A stretch of DNA of 64,000 nt from Desulfovibrionaceae bacterium. GTDB lineage: Bacteria; Desulfobacterota; Desulfovibrionia; Desulfovibrionales; Desulfovibrionaceae. The stretch spans positions 104,364 to 168,363 of the forward strand of contig JAVBMT010000023.1 of the NCBI GenBank assembly GCA_031552195.1, read 5' to 3'. The number at the start of each line of letters is the position of its first letter. The stretch's first letter is position 1. The notes below the pieces were generated by a model. The model saw nothing but the letters and a program-made list of their open reading frames with translations. It ran no database searches and was not told the DNA's origin. Made by a program: the position numbers and the translations under genes. Of the stretch, positions 9,352-18,722 are shown piece by piece.

Positions 9352-11451
9352 CTACATCTGCAACGCGTCAAAATCCGCCAGGCGGCGCAGGCGCGTAACC
9401 AGAGCCTGCAACAGGTTCAAACGGTTAAAGCTCAATTCTTTGTCGTCACACATGACCATGACGTTTTCAAAGAAAGCGTCAACCGAAGGGCGCAGCTCGC
9501 GCAGCAAAGCGAAAAGTTCTCCATAACGATCCAGCTCCCATAGTTCCTCAAAACGCGGCAACACGGCCTCAAGCTTCGCGCCCATGGCTTTTTCCGCCTC
9601 TTCGCGCAACAAGTCACGCCGGTAATTGCCGTCAAGCCTGACTCCATCCCCGGCTTGTTTGCGGATGATATTGGCGGCGCGCTTGAAGGTCAGCACAGCC
9701 TTTGAGAAATCATCCTCCCGGCTGAAAACGCGCAAGGCGGCAAGGCGGGAAGACGCCGACCAGACGTCTTCGGCGTCCGCCGAAAGGATGGCCTCGACCA
9801 GCAGGGTTTCAGCCCCGTCATTGCCGGTAAATAAATTTTTCAGGCGCAAGTTGAAAAATTCATGCAATTTGTTCAACGCTTCCTGCTTGCCAAGCTTCCA
9901 GTTTTTTTCGCCATAAAAATCCAAAGCCTGAGCGAACAGGTCGGAAACCGGCAAGCGGAAGGCCTTTTCCTGCATGATGCGGGCAATGCCCAAAGCGGCG
10001 CGGCGTAAAGCATAGGGGTCGGCCGCGCCGGTCGGGATCATGCCCAGGCCGAAGCACCCGGCCAGGGTGTCGGCTTTGTCGGCCAAAGAAAGTATCGCTC
10101 CACCCAGGCTTGATGGAACCGGGCTGTCCGGCCCGGCGGGAAGGTATTGCTGGGCGAGGGCTTCGGCCACTATATGGCTTTCGCCTTTGCGCCCGGCGTA
10201 AATACCGCCCATAACGCCCTGCAGGGTATCAAATTCGCCTACCATGCCGGAAACGAGGTCAGCCTTGGAAAGCCGCCCCGCCCTGCCCGCATCGGCTAAA
10301 GACACTTTTTCCGTAATTTGCAGACGCTCCGCAAGCCAGGCGCAAAGCCGCCCCAAGCGGCGGGTTTTATCACCCATGCTGCCCAGTGGGGCAAGAAATA
10401 TGACGTTGTCCAAAGCCGCCAGCCATCCGTCGAAGTCCGCCGCCAAGTCTGTTTTCCAGAAAAAACGGGCGTCTTCAAGCCTTGCCAGCAGCACCCTTTC
10501 CCAGCCTTTGCGCACCAGTTCCTCATTCTTGGGAACGAGGTTCAGCACGGTAAGAAAATTCGGCAAAAGCTCTCCAGAGGCGCTTTCAAGGCCGAAACTC
10601 TTCTGATGCGTTTCCATGCTTGTCAAAAGCACTTCACGCGGAACTTCAAGAAAATTCGGGCTGAAAGAGCCGAGAAGCGGTTCAGGCCATTCGCAAAGCC
10701 CCTGAACTTCGTCCAGCAGGCTTTCTTTCCAGAGAATCCGCCCGCCCAGGCTGGCGGCAATGGCGTTGCCCTTTTCAATGACGGTTTTCCGCCGTTCTGC
10801 GGCCTGCGGCTCAACGCGAGCCTTTTCCCGCATCAGGCTGAAGTAGTTGGCCGCGTCGTCAAGAACAAAAGGCCCGGGGCCGTGCACGCGGTGCCCGTGG
10901 GTCAGGTTTCCCGCTTCAACACCGCCCACGCTGAAATGTAGCGCATGGCCGCCGAACATGGCCAACAGCCAGCGCAACGGGCGGCCGAAGGTAAATTCCC
11001 CGCTTCCCCACTTCATGCGTTTCGGGAAAGACAGGGCGCTGATGACAGCAGGGCAGATTTCGCGCAGCAAATCCGGAGCGTTTCCGCCACCGACATTTTT
11101 CCGCACCGCCAGATATTCGCCTTTTTCCGTCTTCAGGGTGAAGACATCGGCAAGAGACACGCCATGCGTGCGCACGAAACCTTCCGCGGCCTTGGTCGGG
11201 GAACCGTCAGGCCCGTAAGCGGCTTTAAGAGGAGGCCCGGTAAAGACTTCTTCGGTCACTGCCGCGCTTTCAGCCAATTTCCGTATAAATACGGCCGCGC
11301 GCCTGGGAGTTGAACAAACCTCAAGCCCGTTGAATTCCAGCCTGGCTTCAGCCAAGGCCTGGCTGAAACGCTCTTCAAGCTCCCTTTCCAGGCCGGGCAA
11401 AAAGCGGGCCGGAAGTTCTTCCGCGCCTATTTCCAATATGAATGACGACAT
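9352..11451 (-). CDS. glyS: Glycine--tRNA ligase beta subunit
   Basis: It is 699 aa with the characteristic N-terminus MSSFILEIGAEELPARFLP. It lies immediately downstream of glyQ (15-nt gap). Confidence 0.95.
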   Translation of the reverse strand: MSSFILEIGAEELPARFLPGLERELEERFSQALAEARLEFNGLEVCSTPRRAAVFIRKLAESAAVTEEVFTGPPLKAAYGPDGSPTKAAEGFVRTHGVSLADVFTLKTEKGEYLAVRKNVGGGNAPDLLREICPAVISALSFPKRMKWGSGEFTFGRPLRWLLAMFGGHALHFSVGGVEAGNLTHGHRVHGPGPFVLDDAANYFSLMREKARVEPQAAERRKTVIEKGNAIAASLGGRILWKESLLDEVQGLCEWPEPLLGSFSPNFLEVPREVLLTSMETHQKSFGLESASGELLPNFLTVLNLVPKNEELVRKGWERVLLARLEDARFFWKTDLAADFDGWLAALDNVIFLAPLGSMGDKTRRLGRLCAWLAERLQITEKVSLADAGRAGRLSKADLVSGMVGEFDTLQGVMGGIYAGRKGESHIVAEALAQQYLPAGPDSPVPSSLGGAILSLADKADTLAGCFGLGMIPTGAADPYALRRAALGIARIMQEKAFRLPVSDLFAQALDFYGEKNWKLGKQEALNKLHEFFNLRLKNLFTGNDGAETLLVEAILSADAEDVWSASSRLAALRVFSREDDFSKAVLTFKRAANIIRKQAGDGVRLDGNYRRDLLREEAEKAMGAKLEAVLPRFEELWELDRYGELFALLRELRPSVDAFFENVMVMCDDKELSFNRLNLLQALVTRLRRLADFDALQM

Positions 11452-11466
11452 GATATTCGCGCTCCC

Positions 11467-12339
11467 TTATTGCTTATCAAGCATTGGATAACCCATTTCC
11501 TCACGCTGCTTGGCGTAAAGGCGGGCGACTGTGGCGGCCAGATTGCGCACCCGCCCGATATAGCCGGTGCGCTCGGTTATGGAAATGGCTCCCCTGGCGT
11601 CAAGCAGGTTGAAAGTGTGGGAACACTTCATGACATAATCATAAGCGGGCCAAAGCAGGCCAAGCTCGGCAAGGCGCAGGGCTTCCCCCTCGAATTCTTT
11701 GAAATGGTCCAGAAGAAGAGACGCGTTGCTTTTTTCGAAATTGAAACAAGACTGCTCAACTTCGTTCTGGTGATAAATATGCCCGTAAGTGACCTTGTCG
11801 TTCCACCGCAGTTCGTATACGGATTCCTTACCCTGAAGGTACATGCAAAGGCGTTCCAGGCCATAGGTTATTTCAACGCTGGTCGGAAAGAGGTCTATTC
11901 CGCCGACCTGCTGAAAATAGGTGAACTGGGTGACTTCCATGCCGTTCAGCCAGACTTCCCAGCCAAGGCCCCAAGCCCCCAGGGTGGGAGATTCCCAGTC
12001 GTCTTCAACAAAGCGGATGTCATGCTCGGACGGGTCAATGCCCAGAGCGCGCAGGCTATCCAGGTACAATTCCAGAATGTTGTCAGGGGAAGGCTTCAGA
12101 ATGACCTGAAACTGGAAATAGTGCTGGAGGCGATTGGGGTTTTCGCCGTAGCGCCCGTCTTTGGGGCGGCGCGAAGGCTCAACGTAGGCCACGTTCCATG
12201 GTTCCGGTCCGATAACCCGCAAAAAAGTAGCCGGGTTGAACGTTCCAGCTCCGCACTCCACATCGAAAGGCTGTTGAATGACGCAGCCGCGTTCGGACCA
12301 GAAATTTTGCAGGGTCAGGATAACATTTTGGAAGTTCAT
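11467..12339 (-). CDS. glyQ: Glycine--tRNA ligase alpha subunit
   Basis: It is 290 aa, with [41 protein letters not shown] and [30 protein letters not shown]. Confidence 0.95.
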   Translation of the reverse strand: MNFQNVILTLQNFWSERGCVIQQPFDVECGAGTFNPATFLRVIGPEPWNVAYVEPSRRPKDGRYGENPNRLQHYFQFQVILKPSPDNILELYLDSLRALGIDPSEHDIRFVEDDWESPTLGAWGLGWEVWLNGMEVTQFTYFQQVGGIDLFPTSVEITYGLERLCMYLQGKESVYELRWNDKVTYGHIYHQNEVEQSCFNFEKSNASLLLDHFKEFEGEALRLAELGLLWPAYDYVMKCSHTFNLLDARGAISITERTGYIGRVRNLAATVARLYAKQREEMGYPMLDKQ

Positions 12340-12538
12340 AGCATCGCGCCTTTGGTAGTTTAGGCAGTTTTACGAACGGTCTTTCCGGGACATTGCGGAC
12401 GCCTTCGTTTTCCGCCTGACAGGATGAAAATGGCCGGCGCGGATGCGCAAGCCGTGCAATTTTGTTCTTTAATAGGATTTTCCCTATTTTTCAAGCGCCT
12501 GTTCCGGCCGTTTTCCGCGTTCGCCGCTTTCCCGCACG

Positions 12539-13291
12539 CTATCCCTTGCGGAAGCGTCCGCCTTCCCAAAACAGACCGGTGTGGTGCTGGATAAAGGAAT
12601 CCAGGGCCCTGGCGCACTGCCTGGCGGCATCCGAAGCCAGCAGCGGAGAAATCCACTCATCCGGCGGCGTCCGCAAAACTCCGCGCAACGCGTCAAGCCC
12701 GGCACGCGACAATATTATATACGGGCCGGGCGGCGTTTTGCGGACGCAGTCAGGGCAAAGAAAGAAACCTTCGCGCACCGGCAGCATGGCCGTATCGCGC
12801 ATGGCCAAATCCGCGCCGCACCGGGCGCAGCTTTCCGGATTAAGGGCGTAACCTTGCTCAAACGCCAGCCTGGCCCGGAAAAAAACCGGCAAAACAGGGC
12901 TGATCTTTTCTGAATTTTCCAGCAAGCGCAAAAAACGGATGAAAAGGTCGTGCGTAACAGGCGCGCCATCCGGAGCGGCCCCGAAAGCCTCGACGAAACG
13001 CGCGCAGTTGACGGCTATGCCAAGGCGTTGCCAGTCTTCGCGCAAACGCCTTGGGGAATTGAGCAGAACGCCTTCCTGCAGCGTAACGTATTCGCCCTGC
13101 CTGGTTTCTTTGAATTTGAAAAGCACCTCATTGAACATGTCCAGGCATCCGCTGAAACGCCGACGGCTTTTGCTTCCGCCGAAGGCGAACGCGGAAAAAA
13201 CGCCACGGTCGGGAGAAAGCAGACGCACCCATAAATCCGCCTCCCTGAATTTGCCCACCCGCAAAATAATTACACGCCCGCTGAATTCCAC
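12539..13291 (-). CDS. recO: DNA repair protein RecO
   Basis: It is 250 aa. The N-terminal OB-fold region is GRVIILRVGKFREADLWVRLLSPDRGVFSAFAFGG, and a C-terminal Cys pair (CARCG...CPDC) forms a zinc motif. Confidence 0.85.
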   Translation of the reverse strand: MEFSGRVIILRVGKFREADLWVRLLSPDRGVFSAFAFGGSKSRRRFSGCLDMFNEVLFKFKETRQGEYVTLQEGVLLNSPRRLREDWQRLGIAVNCARFVEAFGAAPDGAPVTHDLFIRFLRLLENSEKISPVLPVFFRARLAFEQGYALNPESCARCGADLAMRDTAMLPVREGFFLCPDCVRKTPPGPYIILSRAGLDALRGVLRTPPDEWISPLLASDAARQCARALDSFIQHHTGLFWEGGRFRKG

Positions 13292-13441
13292 TCTGCCGAC
13301 TTAATTTTTTAGAGGTAAAATTTTATGACAGCCGGCGCCCAAAGTTAAATTGCCATAACCTTGGACCGCTTCAGCCGCGCATCACAAAAAACGGGAGATT
13401 TTCAACTGCCGGAGAAAAGAAGGAAAACTGCCGGCGCCGGA

Positions 13442-14389
13442 CTACTGTCCTTGCCTGGGGAAATTCAGACTGACTTTGGATGTGCCGGAAGGAACGGAAA
13501 ATTTGTAGTCGGAGCCGTCATAGCGCAAGGTTACGCCCGGAGCGTTCCCCAAAACGATCTGCAAGCTTTTTTCAAAGGAAAAGGTATGGGTTTCGCCTTT
13601 TTTAATTGTGAAATCGCGCCCGTGGACCCCGTCCGCCGTGAAATCCACCCAGCAGTTTTCCTTGGCGGAAACCGCCAGTGCGTGTTTGGCGGTTTGAACG
13701 GATGCCGCAACGGAACTTTCGCTGACGGCAGGCGGCTGCAAAGCCGGAGATGCGGCAACGTGTTGCCCGGAAGGATCGGCCTGAGCTTCGCTATCCTCAT
13801 CTGCCGGTGCGGGAATATTTTGCGCCAGGCCAGAAGGCGCTGGGCTTTGCAAGGCGTTTTCCCGGTTCTGGCTTTGCGGCGCTCCGGTCTGCCCGGATGG
13901 AGCCTCTTCAGCCGGGGCGTTTTCATCCGGAACGTCGCTCACCGCTGAAAAAGGTTTTTTAATGAAATTCAATAGGTCGGAGCCGTAATTATCAACGATA
14001 AACCACCCGCCAACGCCTATTCCGGCAAGCAGGGCGACAATAAGCAGAACCGCGGCCAGGGCCATCAGGTTGTTGCGCGGGTTCATGGCCTGCTCGCGGG
14101 CCGCCGAGGAAAGCTCCGGATTCACGTTTGCCAGAATATCATCAGTAAACACAGCATCCAGCAGCGGAGCGAGAACCTCCGGGGCGATGCCTACGGCCAG
14201 AGCATAGGAACGCACAAAACCGCGCGTGTACACGGCATGAGGCAGGCCGTCGGTAGACCCGGATTCTATCGCGCCCAAGATCCTCTGGGAGACCTTGATG
14301 CTTTCAGCCAGTTCGCCTTGCGACAGTCCGCTTTTTTCCCTGGCCTCGCGGATAAGGGTTCCAAGTTCCAGCAGGTGGGTTTGGTTCAT
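13442..14389 (-). CDS. rodZ: RodZ-like cytoskeleton protein (HTH domain, one TM helix, C-terminal DUF4115-like domain)
   Basis: The Xre-type HTH is LGTLIREAREKSGLSQGELAESIKVSQRILGAIE, followed by TRGFVRSYA. The TM helix is LMALAAVLLIVALLAGIGVGGWFIV. A Pro/Ala/Ser-rich linker precedes a C-terminal beta-rich domain. Confidence 0.8.
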   Translation of the reverse strand: MNQTHLLELGTLIREAREKSGLSQGELAESIKVSQRILGAIESGSTDGLPHAVYTRGFVRSYALAVGIAPEVLAPLLDAVFTDDILANVNPELSSAAREQAMNPRNNLMALAAVLLIVALLAGIGVGGWFIVDNYGSDLLNFIKKPFSAVSDVPDENAPAEEAPSGQTGAPQSQNRENALQSPAPSGLAQNIPAPADEDSEAQADPSGQHVAASPALQPPAVSESSVAASVQTAKHALAVSAKENCWVDFTADGVHGRDFTIKKGETHTFSFEKSLQIVLGNAPGVTLRYDGSDYKFSVPSGTSKVSLNFPRQGQ

Positions 14390-14680
14390 AGGTTCACCTG
14401 TAAATTTCGTTATAGAGTAATTAGCCTTTGAAACGGTATCTTTTATTGCTCTTTAAAGACAAAAAGCACATATTTTATCGCCTGCGTCAAACCTGAAGAT
14501 TTGCGCCCGCAACCACGCGTGCCCGGCCGCGGACGTTTGCCGCGCAACCGCCAAGATGTTGCAGGCATGAAATGCCTATAAAAAATAGCTATCTTTAAAA
14601 TCGTAAATTATAAAAAACAAATACAGTTCAGGTTCAGCTATATTAACGCATGGCATAACCCGGCGGAACCCCGCCCGGCG

Positions 14681-15796
14681 TCAGAAACGTATATCAACCA
14701 CGGCCTTGCCGCGCAGCTGATGGGAATATTCCGTAAAGCGCGCTTCAAGCTGGGGCGCGCGTAAAATGTCTTCAATCTGCGGCGTGGCTTCCTCTAGGGT
14801 AAGCTGCTTTCCTTCAACCCTGTTGTTCAGGCGCACTACGGCCTTGAACCGGTCAACCGGGAAAATCGGGCTGATTTCGCCAGGCTTCATCCCGGCAAGC
14901 AAGGTTTTCCATTGCGGGTTCATATTGGCCCAGCCGACAACGCCCACCGCTCCGCCTTTCGGGCCGTTCGGCTCGATAGACACTTTTTTCGCCGCTTCCT
15001 CAAAGGACATTTTTCCGCTTTTTATCCTGGCAAGAACTTCTTCCGGATTTACCTGAGGATGAAAGACGATAATGGACATATCCACCGACTCGACAGGCTT
15101 GAATTCCGCTTTGTGCTCGTTATAGTACGCGCTGACCTCTTCTTTGGTCACGAGTATCTTGCGTGCGATCATCATGCCTACAAGGCGCTTGCGCAGTATG
15201 TTATCCTTGGTTTTTTCCTTGTAGCTCTGCAGGGTCATTCCCTGTAAAGAAAGCTGGTGTTCGAATTCCTCCGGAGAAAGCTTGTTGTGCTCCCTGACCA
15301 TTTGCACTTCGCTTTCAACTTCCTGGTCGCTCACAGTTATTTTCAGCCTGTTGGCCTCTTCTTTCACCAGGATATCCATGATCATGGCGTCAAGCGTCTT
15401 GCGCATGACCGCGTTGCGTCCGTCGACATCCTTCTGGCTGCTGCCTGTAAAGCCAAGCGCGGCTATTTCCTGGGCGGAACGCTGCTGCAGCTCAAGCATG
15501 GTGATCATTTCTCCGTTAACCACCGCCGCTATTTTGCTGACGGTGGACCCTGAAGAAGACGTGGTTGAAGATGAAGGGCGCGGCGCGGTGGAAACGCTTG
15601 CCCCTTCCGGCTTGGCGGGCGATTCATCCGCGGTTTTGCCGGCTTGCGCGGCGGGGGCCGATTCTATAGGAAGGGTTGGCTCATCGGACGAGGCGCAGGC
15701 CGAAAGGCAGAAAGCCGCGCACAGACAAAACAGGAAAAATTTATTGACGTTGTAGCGCAAAGGAATACTCCTGGAACAAATTGCGTGATTAGGCAT
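14681..15796 (-). CDS. SurA-like peptidyl-prolyl isomerase lipoprotein (SurA_N-like plus parvulin/PpiC domain)
   Basis: I place the start at the internal ATG (15796) rather than 15913. That start gives a signal peptide with lipobox LSAC (FLFCLCAAFCLSAC|ASS) and leaves room for a promoter and the upstream terminator. The chaperone region contains IAAVVNGEMITMLELQQR. The C-terminal half is parvulin-like. Confidence 0.8.
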   Translation of the reverse strand: MPNHAICSRSIPLRYNVNKFFLFCLCAAFCLSACASSDEPTLPIESAPAAQAGKTADESPAKPEGASVSTAPRPSSSTTSSSGSTVSKIAAVVNGEMITMLELQQRSAQEIAALGFTGSSQKDVDGRNAVMRKTLDAMIMDILVKEEANRLKITVSDQEVESEVQMVREHNKLSPEEFEHQLSLQGMTLQSYKEKTKDNILRKRLVGMMIARKILVTKEEVSAYYNEHKAEFKPVESVDMSIIVFHPQVNPEEVLARIKSGKMSFEEAAKKVSIEPNGPKGGAVGVVGWANMNPQWKTLLAGMKPGEISPIFPVDRFKAVVRLNNRVEGKQLTLEEATPQIEDILRAPQLEARFTEYSHQLRGKAVVDIRF

Positions 15797-15891
15797 ATAA
15801 TGCGCCGAAGCCGGCGCGCCCAAAACGGACAAAGGCGGTAAGCCGCCAATTTCCCTGTATTTGAAGGGCGGCCGCGCCAAAAACTTTCTGA

Positions 15892-15920
15892 AAATTAAAC
15901 CTTTTTCATACAATATGCAA
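15892..15920 (-). promoter_or_regulatory. Candidate sigma70 promoter for the SurA-like gene
   Basis: The minus strand reads TTGCAT-N17-TAATTT, about 90 nt upstream of the ATG at 15796 and just downstream of the M16 terminator. Confidence 0.35.
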
Positions 15921-15925
15921 GGAGC

Positions 15926-15960
15926 AAAAAAACGCCCGGCGGAATACCAGCCGGGCGTTT
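15926..15960 (-). terminator. Rho-independent terminator after the M16 peptidase gene
   Basis: The minus-strand RNA is AAACGCCCGGC-UGGUAUUCC-GCCGGGCGUUU followed by UUUU: an 11-bp perfect stem, a 9-nt loop and a U-tract. It lies 29 nt after the stop at 15989. Confidence 0.8.
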
Positions 15961-15988
15961 GAACCTGTTATGGATTTACGTCAGCAAC

Positions 15989-18652
15989 TCAAGGTTGAAC
16001 TATTACCTGATAGGCCCTGGACGGATCAAAATATTTTTCCGCCAGGCGGCGCAGATCTTCAGGGCCGAGTTCCTTCGCCTTCGCAACCATGAGGCGCTCC
16101 GCATCCAGCGGGCGGTTCAAAATAGCCAGCGACGCCGCTTCGCCTTTACGCGAGGCCAAGGTCTGGCGGCCACGGTAATACTCCCCTTCAAGCTGCCGGT
16201 TGCCGCGCTCCAGTTCCGCAGCCGGCAGGCGTTCTGAACGCAATCCGCCGAGAATTCGCGCAAAGCCGTTCTTGGCTTCTTCAAGCCTGCCGGGTTCCGT
16301 TCCTATGTAGAAAATCATGGCCCCGGCCTTATCGGCCTGCCAGCCGAAGGCGCTTACCGTGTAGCCAAGGCTGTGCCGGTCGCGCAGGTCGCGGAAAAGC
16401 AGGCCGCTCTGCCCGTCAAGAACGCTTTGCAAAAGCATCAGCCCGGGAGAATCTTCATGCATGCGCGGAACTGTAGGGAAAACAAGAAAAAAATGCGCCT
16501 GATTACGCCCGGGCAATTTCAGGTCAAGCTCGCGCTTTTCGCCCCAAGCCGGGCTTGGCGGCTCTGTACGCGTCATTTTGGCTTCGTCCGGCTTCAGGGC
16601 GGCGCTTACTTTTTCCGCCTGGGCCATAATTTCATCCCGATTGAAGTCGCCGCAAAAAGTGAGAACCCAGTTTTCGGCCTTCTGCCTTTCCCAAAACGCC
16701 TTCGCGTCACTTACCCTGAAGTCCGGCAGTTTATCGGCCCGGCCAAGCTGCATATGCCCGTAGGGGTGGTCTCCGAACAAAAACGGGAACATCTGGCGCA
16801 TGGCCAGGGAAAACGGCTGGTCTTCACTTGATTTAATGGACGCGAGCTGGCTCTGGCCCGCGCGCGCGAATTCTTCCTGGGCGAAAGCCGGGCGCCGCAG
16901 CAATGCCGTGACCAGGCCGCACATGTCAGAGTTGAATCTGGCTGGAGACTCCCAGTTCAGCGTAAAGGTCTGGATGCCGGCCCCGGCGGAAAGGCGGGCC
17001 GCACGGTCGGACAAAAAGTTTTCCATTTCAGTGGCGTTCATGCCGCGCTCTTTGCCTGAGGCGTTAAGGCCTCTGGTCAAAGAAGAAGCCGCAAGAGCCG
17101 CCAGGCCCTGTTCGTCCGTTGAAAGAAGGGAATTTCCCCCGGTGAAGGTGAGGCTGCCGGAGATATAAGGCAAGGAGCCGTCAGGCAAAAGAACAACCTT
17201 GCGCCCTGGTCCCAGCTCCACAACTTCCACGGAACCGGGGGCGGAACTTGACGCAGAGGCCGTTTTTACAGTCTCGGCCCTGGCCGGCCAGGCTTTATCC
17301 AATTCAGCCAGCAATTTTTCCTGTGAAATATTTTTCTCGGCGCCCTTGGGAAGCAAAACCGCCACAGACAGTTTTTCCGGCCGCAAGTATTTTTTAGCCA
17401 AAGAGGATAAGGCGCTTCCGTCAGTCGAGCGCAGGGCCTGCACATAATCCGCTTCGTCCCGTTCCCCGTCGCCGAAAAAGTAAAAATAGCCGAGTTTGGA
17501 AGCCAGCCCCGCCACTGTTTCCTTTGAACGGTAAAGGTCGTCTTCCATGTTTACCCTGGCCCGTTCGAATTCCTCTTGCGTGAAGGTCAAGTCAGGAATT
17601 CCGCGCAGGTCGGCAACGAATTTCTCCCAGAATACCGGCAGCTTGTCAGCTTCAAGTTCAACGTAGACATAAAACATCCCCGTACGCTCAAAGCCGTAAT
17701 TCATCACGGCTATGCTGTCCACAAGGCGTTCGGCGTATTTATATTTGCGATAGAAATAAGAAGTTTTATCGCCCCCCAGCAGCTGGGCCAGAAGATCCAC
17801 CTGGTTGCTTTCCAGGCTGCCGCCCTCCGGCAAGGGAAAGGCCAGACCGAGATAAACCTTGTTCCAGTCGCCGCTTTCAACACGCACCCTTTGCGCCGGC
17901 GTCGCCAGGTCAGCCCCCACAGGCGGCAGGGCGTCAGTTTTGGCATTATTCGCCAGGCCTCCGAACTGCCTTTCTATTTCCGCCAGCACTTCGGCCTGGT
18001 CGGCATTGCCGCAAACAAGCATAAGCATGTTCTGCGGCTGATAATGCCGCCCTATATAATCAAGCATATCTTCGCGCGTGATGGACTTTATGACTTCAGG
18101 GTAGCCGATTATAGGGTGCCCGTAAGGCGTGCCGGCAAACAGCGATTCATTGAGGCGTTTGAAAATAAGGCCCGCCGGGCTGTCTTCCCCTCTTTTCAAT
18201 TCAGCCAGCACCACATCTTTTTCCGCTTCCAGCTCGTCTTTATCCAAGGTCGGGTCAAAGGCCGCGTCTTTCAGCACGTCAAGCCCTGTTTTCCATTCAT
18301 CCGCCGGCATATCAGCCAGATAGAGGGTGTAGTCGAAGCTGGTGGCGGCGTTAACGTAGCCGCCAGCGGCCTCTATGTCGGCCGCCACGGCGCCCTTGGG
18401 CCGTTTGCTCGTACCCTTGAAAACCATGTGCTCCAGCAGATGCGAAAGGCCGAACTCTTTGGCTGATTCGTAGCTCGACCCGGCATGTACGTAAAGACGC
18501 AGTGAAACCAGAGGAAAACGGTCATCTTTATAAAAAAGAACCGACAAGCCGTTCGGCAGGCGAGTCAGGTAAGGAGCGGAACCCTCCGCTCTGGCTGTGC
18601 CGCTCATTAACACTCCCGTGAGAAGAAAAAAGCAGAGAAATTTTCGAAGCAT
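15989..18652 (-). CDS. Secreted M16-family zinc peptidase, tandem (two M16 modules fused, PqqL-like architecture)
   Basis: The inverted zinc motif HLLEHMVFKGT occurs in the first module only. The second module lacks HxxEH. I prefer the start at ATG 18652, which gives the signal peptide MLRKFLCFFLLTGVLMSGTARA and has GGGAG 5-6 nt upstream. Confidence 0.85.
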   Translation of the reverse strand: MLRKFLCFFLLTGVLMSGTARAEGSAPYLTRLPNGLSVLFYKDDRFPLVSLRLYVHAGSSYESAKEFGLSHLLEHMVFKGTSKRPKGAVAADIEAAGGYVNAATSFDYTLYLADMPADEWKTGLDVLKDAAFDPTLDKDELEAEKDVVLAELKRGEDSPAGLIFKRLNESLFAGTPYGHPIIGYPEVIKSITREDMLDYIGRHYQPQNMLMLVCGNADQAEVLAEIERQFGGLANNAKTDALPPVGADLATPAQRVRVESGDWNKVYLGLAFPLPEGGSLESNQVDLLAQLLGGDKTSYFYRKYKYAERLVDSIAVMNYGFERTGMFYVYVELEADKLPVFWEKFVADLRGIPDLTFTQEEFERARVNMEDDLYRSKETVAGLASKLGYFYFFGDGERDEADYVQALRSTDGSALSSLAKKYLRPEKLSVAVLLPKGAEKNISQEKLLAELDKAWPARAETVKTASASSSAPGSVEVVELGPGRKVVLLPDGSLPYISGSLTFTGGNSLLSTDEQGLAALAASSLTRGLNASGKERGMNATEMENFLSDRAARLSAGAGIQTFTLNWESPARFNSDMCGLVTALLRRPAFAQEEFARAGQSQLASIKSSEDQPFSLAMRQMFPFLFGDHPYGHMQLGRADKLPDFRVSDAKAFWERQKAENWVLTFCGDFNRDEIMAQAEKVSAALKPDEAKMTRTEPPSPAWGEKRELDLKLPGRNQAHFFLVFPTVPRMHEDSPGLMLLQSVLDGQSGLLFRDLRDRHSLGYTVSAFGWQADKAGAMIFYIGTEPGRLEEAKNGFARILGGLRSERLPAAELERGNRQLEGEYYRGRQTLASRKGEAASLAILNRPLDAERLMVAKAKELGPEDLRRLAEKYFDPSRAYQVIVQP

Positions 18653-18722
18653 ATAAACTCCCGGATTAATCATAAACAGCGCGTTCCGAATAAAACGCCC
18701 CGCCAATGCCGGCCTCACTGAA

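Noticed and set aside
12340-12538. Possible T-box or other riboswitch leader upstream of glyQ, by analogy with the Bacillus glyQS T-box
   Set aside because: I read the minus-strand leader and found no specifier-loop/T-box consensus and no terminator/antiterminator pair. The only structure is a short 6-bp inverted repeat (aatagg/cctatt) near a weak promoter-like TTGAAA.
15797-15913. N-terminal extensions proposed by the ORF track: SurA-like from 15913, M16 from 18718, ilvC from 27557, exporter from 43687, DegT-like from 51613, GT2 from 52787, and the small ORF from 31358
   Set aside because: The extensions overlap upstream genes or terminators, lack RBSs, and precede obvious signal peptides or family-typical N-termini. 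Internal ATG/GTG starts with Shine-Dalgarno sequences fit better.
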